Shown here: in pieces, positions 1 through 6,503 of the stretch
How the letters are laid out: each line of letters starts with the position of its first letter
Position numbering within the stretch: the first letter of the stretch is position 1
From: a virus
Lineage: Duplodnaviria > Caudoviricetes
Strand: one strand, 5' to 3'
IMG/VR virus record: IMGVR_UViG_3300017648_000084
Coordinates: 1-28,783 of that record
Length of the DNA: 28,783 nucleotides
The notes under the pieces: model-generated
Databases searched by the model: none
What the model saw: the letters and a program-made list of their open reading frames with translations, nothing else
What the model was told of the DNA's origin: nothing
Program-made: the position numbers and the translations under genes

Positions 1-71
1 GAAATTGCGTGCAGGCCTGTCCTGACCGCCGCCCTTGCCGTCAGGACTGCCTAACCCGCAGGAGGAGCGTC

Positions 72-887
72 ATGGCACAGTTTCATGTAATTGCAGGTCG
101 GGACCAGACTGCCTTTTATCCGGAAGTCAAGCGCATCCAGATGGCGGATGTATTCGATGCCCTGCGTTTGGGTTTCGACGACTTCTGGGCGAAGCCATCG
201 CATTACGTTTTTCTTTGTCTCATATATCCGCTGGCCGGGTTGTTCATCACCTATTGGAGCACCAACGCAAATGCGCTGCCGCTCCTGTTCCCCCTCATGT
301 CCGGTTTCGCGTTGATCGGGCCGGTTGCCGCCTTGCCGCTTTATGAAATGAGCAGGCGCCGCGAGGAGAAAATGGACACGAGCTGGAGGCGCGCTTTCGA
401 TGTCAGCCGCTCCCCGGCATTGCCGTCGATCGTGGCCGTCGGCTCCTTCCTTTTCGCAATCTTCATTGCGTGGCTGTTGGTGGCTCAGAATCTCTATGTT
501 CATTATTTCGGCCCCATGCCGCCCGAGAGCTTCTCGATGTTGATCAATCAGGTGTCATCGACGGAAGAGGGGCGCAGTCTTATTTTCGCCGGTTGTGGCA
601 TTGGTTTCTTTTTTGCAATCGTCGTCCTGTGCTTGACGATCGTCACCTTTCCAATGCTGCTTGATCAGGATTGCGGGGCTGCGGCGGCTATCGCGACATC
701 ATTGCGCGTCGTCTGGCGCAATCCCCTGGAAGCGCTGCTTTGGGCGGCAATTGTAACCGCTATGCTGGTCGTGGGCTTCGCCACCATGTTTGCCGGACTG
801 GCCGTGGTGCTGCCCATCCTTGGACATGCGACCTGGCACCTCTATCGAAAGACGGTTGCACAGCCGGCGTTGGCGCGCATGGGATGA
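72..887 (+). CDS. DUF2189-type integral membrane protein
   Basis: GGAGGAG at 61-67 precedes ATG 72. Multiple hydrophobic helices; motifs GFALIGP...LYEMSRRRE and PILGHATWHLY recalled as DUF2189. Confidence 0.8.
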   Translation: MAQFHVIAGRDQTAFYPEVKRIQMADVFDALRLGFDDFWAKPSHYVFLCLIYPLAGLFITYWSTNANALPLLFPLMSGFALIGPVAALPLYEMSRRREEKMDTSWRRAFDVSRSPALPSIVAVGSFLFAIFIAWLLVAQNLYVHYFGPMPPESFSMLINQVSSTEEGRSLIFAGCGIGFFFAIVVLCLTIVTFPMLLDQDCGAAAAIATSLRVVWRNPLEALLWAAIVTAMLVVGFATMFAGLAVVLPILGHATWHLYRKTVAQPALARMG

Positions 888-1042
888 TCGGGACGGATCG
901 GAGGGCCGACGACCAAAAGTAACCTGTCGTGGAACTCCGAAATACGATTGGGCTGGACAAACGGATATTTGCAGTGGCCAATATAAGAGATGGCATTGGT
1001 AACACTTCATAGTTCCCAATAGTGTTGTGCCGTGTTGGCGTC

Positions 1043-1075
1043 GCGCCCGTGGCGCCGCGTTACTTCTTGTTTTGA
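1043..1075 (+). pseudogene. ureC: remnant of ureC 3' end (urease alpha subunit)
   Basis: Reads [10 protein letters not shown]-stop, matching the conserved UreC terminus LPMAQRYFLF, in the expected position just before ureE. The rest of ureC is absent. Confidence 0.7.
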
Positions 1076-1092
1076 GCTTGAGAGGCAAACAA

Positions 1093-1620
1093 ATGTTTCG
1101 TGCCACTGCCATTATTCGTGCGGATGAGGTGATCGATGCTGTGCCTGCGGGCCACGCCGTTCTTGAACGCGATGAACGCCATCTGCGGCGCAAAGCCATT
1201 GCTCTGGAAGGCGGCGAGAAGGTGCTTGTCGATTTTGCGGAGCCGGTTGTGCTGGGTCACGGAGACAGGCTCGTTCTGGATGACGGGCGCGAAATTGAAA
1301 TTCGCGCTGCAAGTGAGGAACTCTACGAAATTCGCGGGCGCGATCCGCTCCACATAGCCGAACTCGCCTGGCATATCGGCAACCGGCATCTGGCGGCACA
1401 GATCGAGAATGACCGTATCTTCATTCTTCGCGACCATGTCATCAAGGCGATGCTCGAGGGGCTTGGCGCCAAGGTGACGGATGTAACGGCAATTTTCAGC
1501 CCGCTGCGCGGTGCATATGCGGGCGGTCATTCGCATCATGACCACGGACATCATCATGGCCATCACGACCATGACCACGACCATGAACATGAACATCATC
1601 ATCACCATCACCACGACTGA
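1093..1620 (+). CDS. ureE: urease accessory nickel chaperone UreE
   Basis: LAWHIGNRH motif and His-rich C-terminal tail; GAGAGG upstream of ATG 1093. Confidence 0.95.
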   Translation: MFRATAIIRADEVIDAVPAGHAVLERDERHLRRKAIALEGGEKVLVDFAEPVVLGHGDRLVLDDGREIEIRAASEELYEIRGRDPLHIAELAWHIGNRHLAAQIENDRIFILRDHVIKAMLEGLGAKVTDVTAIFSPLRGAYAGGHSHHDHGHHHGHHDHDHDHEHEHHHHHHHD

Positions 1621-1625
1621 TATTT

Positions 1626-1691
1626 ACTGGCATTAGCGACATCACGGCCATGAAACACGAACCCCAACATTCGAGGCTTTTTCGCACATGA
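1626..1691 (+). pseudogene. ureF: remnant of ureF 3' end
   Basis: Reads [21 protein letters not shown]-stop, matching the UreF C-terminal motif (MxHExxxSRLFxS). Its TGA overlaps the ureG ATG. Confidence 0.85.
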
Positions 1692-2308
1692 CACAGAAAA
1701 ACGGACCCTTGCGCATCGGCATTGGCGGGCCGGTGGGATCGGGAAAGACGACGCTGACCGAAAAGCTCTGCAAGGCGATGCGCGATAAATATTCGGTCGC
1801 CGTGATTACCAACGATATCTACACGCAGGAGGACGCCCTTATTCTGGCTCGTTCCCAGGCCTTGCCCGAGGAGCGGATCATGGGTGTCGAGACGGGCGGA
1901 TGCCCGCACACGGCGATCCGCGAGGACGCCTCCATCAATCTGCAGGCAATTGCCGAAATGAATCGGCGGATTCCGGATCTGGATATCGTCTTCATCGAAT
2001 CCGGCGGCGACAATCTGGCGGCCACGTTCTCGCCCGATCTGGCGGACCTGACGCTTTATGTCATCTCGGTTTGCCAGGGCGAGGAAATTCCGCGCAAGGG
2101 CGGACCGGGCATCACGCGGTCGGATTTCCTGGTGATCAACAAGAGCGATCTTGCCCCGCATGTGCACGTTGATCTCGACGTCATGCAGGGGGATGCGGCG
2201 CGGATGCGCGGCTCACGTCCGTTCGGTTTCACCGATCTCCATCGCGGCAAGGGCGTGCCGGAGATTATCGACTTCATCGTCGAGAATGGCGGGCTCGAGC
2301 TGCGTTGA
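1688..2308 (+). CDS. ureG: urease accessory GTPase UreG
   Basis: [10 protein letters not shown]-loop, GGCPHT, ESGGDNL and NKSD motifs; full length (206 aa). Confidence 0.97.
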   Translation: MTQKNGPLRIGIGGPVGSGKTTLTEKLCKAMRDKYSVAVITNDIYTQEDALILARSQALPEERIMGVETGGCPHTAIREDASINLQAIAEMNRRIPDLDIVFIESGGDNLAATFSPDLADLTLYVISVCQGEEIPRKGGPGITRSDFLVINKSDLAPHVHVDLDVMQGDAARMRGSRPFGFTDLHRGKGVPEIIDFIVENGGLELR

Positions 2309-2321
2309 GCGCAGCTCGTTT
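2296..2321 (+). terminator. possible intrinsic terminator after ureG
   Basis: 9-bp stem CGAGCTGCG/CGCAGCTCG with a 5-nt loop, followed by only a short TTT. Confidence 0.4.
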
Positions 2322-2447
2322 AGGGATCATGTCTTCCAAAGTGGGAGATGTTTCAGCGCGCTTTTGTGCCGCCGGGGACCGGAACATGCCGGACCCACGC
2401 TGGCAGCGCCAACGCCGAATTGTACATAAAATCAACCAGTAAGGGAA

Positions 2448-2495
2448 TGGCGCACCCGAAAGGATTCGAACCTCTGACCCCCAGATTCGTAGTCT
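2448..2495 (-). tRNA. 3' 48-nt fragment of tRNA-Arg(ACG); prophage attachment-site core, not a complete tRNA
   Basis: Minus strand AGACT-ACG-AATCTGGGGGTCAGAGGTTCGAATCCTTTCGGGTGCGCCA contains the anticodon loop, T-arm and CCA. The D-arm and 5' acceptor strand are missing. Confidence 0.9.
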
Positions 2496-2550
2496 CCCGC
2501 AAGAGATTGAATTAATTGGGCGGCGTTCCCATTCGGCAAGGAAATTATAG

Positions 2551-2578
2551 GCGGCGGGTAGGAACGTCAACCCGCCGC
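2551..2578 (-). terminator. hairpin downstream of the last late gene
   Basis: GCGGCGGGT/ACCCGCCGC 9-bp stem just past the stop at 2583; AT-rich tail but no clean U run. Confidence 0.4.
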
Positions 2579-2582
2579 TTAT

Positions 2583-3005
2583 TCATGGGGTGGCCCGGCG
2601 CTGCGCGGCTTCAATTCGCTGTAAAATCTCTCTCACAACTTTCATGTCGCCGCCGAGTTGATTGAGCGTGGTCTGAAACTCTTTGTTGGTTTCGAGGGCG
2701 GAAGCGGTCGCCTGTTCATTTGCAGTGACACGATACGACAAATTGTCGACTGAGCCGTTTAGTTTCCGAATATCGGACTCAACGCCCTTTTTCCATTCAT
2801 CGTTTCGGGCATCGTTGGCCTTCACTTCGATGAGGCGGTCTTTATGGACTTGCTCATGAGAAACGCGCCAGTCCTGAAGGTCTTCAATATCGCGGGACTT
2901 GTTCACCCAGATCGTGACGCCACCGATGATGACCGTCGCAAGCGTAACAAGCTGCAACAGAGTGTTCAGGTTCCATTCGAACTTACCTTTAGGCGGTAGG
3001 CGCAT
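2583..3005 (-). CDS. lysis-cassette membrane protein (one TM plus coiled coil; holin/antiholin candidate)
   Basis: GGAGGAG precedes ATG 3005 (alternative start 3020). TM segment LLQLVTLATVIIGGVTIWV followed by heptad-like sequence. Confidence 0.65.
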   Translation of the reverse strand: MRLPPKGKFEWNLNTLLQLVTLATVIIGGVTIWVNKSRDIEDLQDWRVSHEQVHKDRLIEVKANDARNDEWKKGVESDIRKLNGSVDNLSYRVTANEQATASALETNKEFQTTLNQLGGDMKVVREILQRIEAAQRRATP

Positions 3006-3038
3006 TGTCTCCTCCGTCATTTCCAGCAGCCCGCATTG

Positions 3039-3067
3039 TTGAGATTTTTGTTATTTCCAGATATAAA
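3039..3067 (+). promoter_or_regulatory. sigma70-like promoter of the HNH gene
   Basis: TTGAGA-17 bp-TATAAA at the edge of the HNH insertion. Confidence 0.55.
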
Positions 3068-3091
3068 AGGTGACATGAATCGAGGTTGCAT

Positions 3092-3679
3092 ATGAGCCGA
3101 TCCAGAAACGAGTTTGTGCAGATTTTTTGCAACACTTGCGGCAGCAAGTTTCATCCAAAGTACGGGAAAGAAACGACCTCCCGCTTTTGCAGCATCGATT
3201 GCTCCCGTCAGCCATATCTCGACAAGAGATATATCCTGCAATCGCGTATTCGAAATTCCATTTCGTTCGTCGGTGATTGCTGGATATGGAATGGTAGAAA
3301 AAATGAACTTGGATATGGATTTCTTCGTGTTGGAACCACGAATATCCGCGCCCACCGAGCATCTTACGAAGCATCTCAGGGTGAGATTCCAGAAGGCAAA
3401 ATAGTTTGTCACTCCTGCGATAATCCTTCGTGTGTCAACCCTGCCCATTTGTGGGTAGGAACGATGAAAGATAATTCCCAGGACATGGTCAAAAAGGGCC
3501 GCAACAAGCCGAATATAATGCGCGGCACAGATCACAAACTTGCGAAACTCACGGAAGATCAAGCACGTCAAATAAAAGCAGACAAGCGATCTGCACGGGC
3601 TATAGCGGAGGAGTACGGGGTCAGTCATAGCTTGGTCCTCGGAATTCGCAGAGGTGATAACTGGGCGTGGCTGGATTGA
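3092..3679 (+). CDS. free-standing HNH homing endonuclease (N-terminal CxxC...CSxxC Zn finger, HNH_3 core, C-terminal HTH)
   Basis: CWIWNG...GYG...AHRASY...VCHSCDNPSCVNPAHL...DN motif set; GAGG RBS; antisense to the lysis genes. Confidence 0.9.
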   Translation: MSRSRNEFVQIFCNTCGSKFHPKYGKETTSRFCSIDCSRQPYLDKRYILQSRIRNSISFVGDCWIWNGRKNELGYGFLRVGTTNIRAHRASYEASQGEIPEGKIVCHSCDNPSCVNPAHLWVGTMKDNSQDMVKKGRNKPNIMRGTDHKLAKLTEDQARQIKADKRSARAIAEEYGVSHSLVLGIRRGDNWAWLD

Positions 3680-3681
3680 TT

Positions 3682-3882
3682 TCACCAACACCCGGCCTTT
3701 TTCCCAAATCGATTGTGTGCCGCCACTTGATTGGCGAATGGCCGGTCAGTCGTCAGTATGTTCACCGACGTTTCCAGACTTGGCCGAAGCTTCTCGAACC
3801 CGGCGCACGCACTCGGGGAGTTCGTCGTCTGGCAGCCCGTAATCAGCGCAAAGAGCGGCAGCGTCAGCAGCATCCACTTCAT
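3682..3882 (-). CDS. lipoprotein, o-spanin (Rz1-like)
   Basis: Signal peptide with lipobox LITGC; 66 aa; overlaps the 3' part of the upstream TM gene in another frame. Confidence 0.75.
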   Translation of the reverse strand: MKWMLLTLPLFALITGCQTTNSPSACAGFEKLRPSLETSVNILTTDRPFANQVAAHNRFGKKAGCW

Positions 3883-4051
3883 TTTTGATTACCCCCTTGT
3901 CCTGGTAATATTTGACGGTCGCAGCCAGCGCGTCGGCTGAAGCCTGTTTCTTGCCGTCGCTTACGCCCATGCCGTGAGCGATGAAACCGGCGATGACAGC
4001 GCCAGCCACGGCAGCGGCGCCCATCTTGAGGATGTCAGCGATGCCCAACAT
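3746..4051 (-). CDS. i-spanin (Rz-like)
   Basis: ATG 4051 overlaps the endolysin stop (TGATG); N-terminal TM (AAAVAGAVIAGFIA); two C-terminal Cys. Confidence 0.7.
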   Translation of the reverse strand: MLGIADILKMGAAAVAGAVIAGFIAHGMGVSDGKKQASADALAATVKYYQDKGVIKNEVDAADAAALCADYGLPDDELPECVRRVREASAKSGNVGEHTDD

Positions 4052-4866
4052 CACGCAGCCGCCTTCTGGCTGAGAACAAACTTCCAGAGGCCGACCCCAA
4101 CGCCAACGACGAGGCCGATTGCAAGCGCCCATTGAACGGGGCCGGACCCAGCCGCGAAGGCTCCAATGGCGGACAGAACGCCGGTAAGCGGCGCCCAAGC
4201 CTCGGGCTTCTTCAGCGTTTCAGCGATCGATGTGTCTTTGGGGTTGGCCTTTGGAGCACCGGCGGGGTCAGCGACATTCGTCGGCGTGACAGTTCCTCGG
4301 CGGGACATGGCAAGCGCGTTGCCCACGACGCCCGGAGTCGTTTTCCACTGGCCTTTCGGATCGACGCCGGTGATACGGATCGTCCAGCCGCGACCATTGG
4401 CCGAGAACCCTTGCTTGCCACCAATGCCGCGCAAGAATCTCATGTACGCATCGCAATAATCGCGGATCAGTTGGTCGACACCGCCACGATAGGATTTGAC
4501 GGCGGCAACCGTCTGGACGCCGACGACACCATCCTGAGTAACACCGACGACGGACTGCAGAATCTTCACAGCGCGGGAAGGGCCGGACATAACGCCGGAG
4601 TTGAAGACCGCATAGTCGAGGCCCGACGGAAGAAGGTCGCCGCCGGACTGTAGCCAGTAGGAACGCCGATAGATTTCCTCGGCCTCCTGGATCGTCATGT
4701 CCTTGACCTGTTGGGCGGTCACCGACGGAACGCCGCGATATGCGGCAAGTGTCCGATGGGTTATCCCGAACTTCGTCGGGCCGCCGCTGTCAGTCGCGCG
4801 GTTCGAATATCCGCCTTCATCACCGAACAAAAGTGTGAGGGATGGGGCCAAGTTCTGGCGTGCCAT
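4051..4866 (-). CDS. endolysin, glycoside hydrolase family 108, with hydrophobic C-terminal tail
   Basis: EGGY and GGPTKFGIT motifs; LQ...GVTQDGVVG peptidoglycan-binding-like segment; AGGAG RBS. Confidence 0.9.
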   Translation of the reverse strand: MARQNLAPSLTLLFGDEGGYSNRATDSGGPTKFGITHRTLAAYRGVPSVTAQQVKDMTIQEAEEIYRRSYWLQSGGDLLPSGLDYAVFNSGVMSGPSRAVKILQSVVGVTQDGVVGVQTVAAVKSYRGGVDQLIRDYCDAYMRFLRGIGGKQGFSANGRGWTIRITGVDPKGQWKTTPGVVGNALAMSRRGTVTPTNVADPAGAPKANPKDTSIAETLKKPEAWAPLTGVLSAIGAFAAGSGPVQWALAIGLVVGVGVGLWKFVLSQKAAA

Positions 4867-4898
4867 AATGCGCGCTCCTGCGTTCTTCCGTTATGCGG

Positions 4899-4934
4899 AA
4901 AATCACAGGATCGGGCGACCGGCGCAAAGCACAG
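4899..4934 (-). promoter_or_regulatory. putative late promoter (lysis cassette)
   Basis: CTGTGCTTTGC at 4924-4934; TTGCGC-17-GATTTT. Confidence 0.7.
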
Positions 4935-5105
4935 ATAGCACTCTGAGCTTTACTTTTCTGGATTAGCGGGTAATACCCAACTTTGTGGGTGGGGGATAGC
5001 GGTCTAGTTGGCGATTTGGCGCCGTTTATCCTCATATTCAAGTTCTGCGTAAATTGCCGCCGTTGCGGGAGGGGATGACGTGTCCATTTTTCATGCGTTG
5101 TATAG

Positions 5106-6239
5106 ATGCGACCGAGCTTTTTGAGCATGCAAAGGTATGTCTTCATTGATGAGCTGCGGATTCTTGCCGTTTGCTTAGTGATTATATCGCACACCGTATA
5201 CGCCCTTGCAGATCGTGGGGTCGCGGGCGGTATACTGTATTACTTGACCTACACAATTGGTCCGTTCGGCGTTTCTATTTTCATCATCATATCAGGTTAC
5301 CTCGCAGGGCTTGGTCTACGCAAAGACTCAGCATTGACTTTCTATCGGAAAAAGGTGGCCAACCTTCTCCCTCCAATTTGGGTCGCATTCTTATTTGTTG
5401 GATTCGGCCTGTTCACTTTAGAAGTATTAACAAGCTTATCAGCTCCAACGAAGTACCAGAGCCTTATTACCAGCCATGGAAACGCAATAACTATTCTGCA
5501 TCCTGTCATATACACGATGCTAGGGATTGATGGGTATATAGAAGCATCTAAGCTGGATATTCCAACATATTTTACTGTAGGTGAATGGTTTACTGGGTTT
5601 ATTATAATTTTGTTTATGATAACGCCAGCGCTGAATTATTCATTCAAGAATCGGCCGCATCAAACGATATTGGGACTTTTTTGTATAAGTGCCATAAGTT
5701 ATTTTTTCCAGCAAGACGGTGGAATCTGGGATTTCATTTTCATATGTGACTTTAACAATTTCAATCCAACCACGAGAATTCTCGAGTTTGGCTTTGGTAT
5801 GTACCTATATGTTACTAAGGATGAGAACAATACGCTTAAGCTAGTCGCCTCCCTATCTATCATTGCCGTAATGGCTGCCGTGTATGTGATTAGTGGAAAT
5901 AACCTGATGAATATGGGGTTCACAGCGTTCATTTTCGCATGTTGTTTTGTCGTCATCTTCACTGAGCGTCTTTCGTCCAAAATTTCCACTTCTATGAAGT
6001 CAATAGTAATGGAATTGGCCAAGATATCATTTATGGCGATGATAGTGCATCATCAGATCGTGCTCCTTCTGGTGAGAAACTTACCCGTAGATCAGATGAA
6101 TACGGCTGGGTTTGTTTCTCTTTTCATATTTGAAATATTTGTGTCGTTTTACCTCGCACATCTTTTGATGCCTGTTTCTCGCGGAATTTCGAAGGTCATT
6201 TATTCGGCAATTGGCGCAGAAACGTCAGAAAAAAGGTAG
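5106..6239 (+). CDS. acyltransferase family 3 (OafA/Oac-like membrane O-acyltransferase), moron
   Basis: IDELRILA..LVIISH, GVSIFIIISGY and FYRKK..LLP motifs; about 10 hydrophobic segments; visibly AT-rich; opposite strand to phage genes. Start may be 5127. Confidence 0.88.
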   Translation: MRPSFLSMQRYVFIDELRILAVCLVIISHTVYALADRGVAGGILYYLTYTIGPFGVSIFIIISGYLAGLGLRKDSALTFYRKKVANLLPPIWVAFLFVGFGLFTLEVLTSLSAPTKYQSLITSHGNAITILHPVIYTMLGIDGYIEASKLDIPTYFTVGEWFTGFIIILFMITPALNYSFKNRPHQTILGLFCISAISYFFQQDGGIWDFIFICDFNNFNPTTRILEFGFGMYLYVTKDENNTLKLVASLSIIAVMAAVYVISGNNLMNMGFTAFIFACCFVVIFTERLSSKISTSMKSIVMELAKISFMAMIVHHQIVLLLVRNLPVDQMNTAGFVSLFIFEIFVSFYLAHLLMPVSRGISKVIYSAIGAETSEKR

Positions 6240-6356
6240 GGAATGAACCAGGCCTGGGAATTCTCGAAAGAATCCGAATACACATCAATCGATCGGGATA
6301 GAACGCAGCTTGCTTCGCATTGGAATACATGGCTTTGATAGGGTAGTGGAGGAACC

Positions 6357-6503
6357 ATGACACTGGAAATTATAGTTCTATCTTTTTTAGGGGCGACTAT
6401 TTTTATGCTTGTACTTGACGGAAAGCGTCATGAGCGTTCGCTTTCTCCGGAAGATCGTGAGAAGCTTCGGAAAGAAATCCAGGACGATCTTCGTATCTGG
6501 TGA
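6357..6503 (+). CDS. 48-aa small membrane protein (not in the ORF track)
   Basis: GGAGGAACC-ATG; MTLEIIVLSFLGATIFMLVLDGKRHERSLSPEDREKLRKEIQDDLRIW; stop abuts the tailspike stop. Confidence 0.65.
   Translation: MTLEIIVLSFLGATIFMLVLDGKRHERSLSPEDREKLRKEIQDDLRIW

Noticed and set aside
1027-1092. N-terminal extension of UreE in the ORF track
   Set aside because: UreE-like sequence starts at ATG 1093 with an RBS; the extension overlaps the ureC scar.
1526-1617. CAT/CAC/GAC-rich tandem-like repeat
   Set aside because: It encodes the normal His-rich tail of UreE; not an independent repeat or array.
2448-2525. Complete tRNA-Arg gene
   Set aside because: Sequence past 2495 cannot form the D-arm or the 5' acceptor strand; only the 3' half is present.
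3017-3691. 224-aa minus-strand ORF, or a group I intron holding the HNH
   Set aside because: The ORF is the antisense shadow of the HNH gene; only its last codons (AGCWK) are meaningful. I saw no intron core, the HNH is antisense, and the spanin has its own stop.
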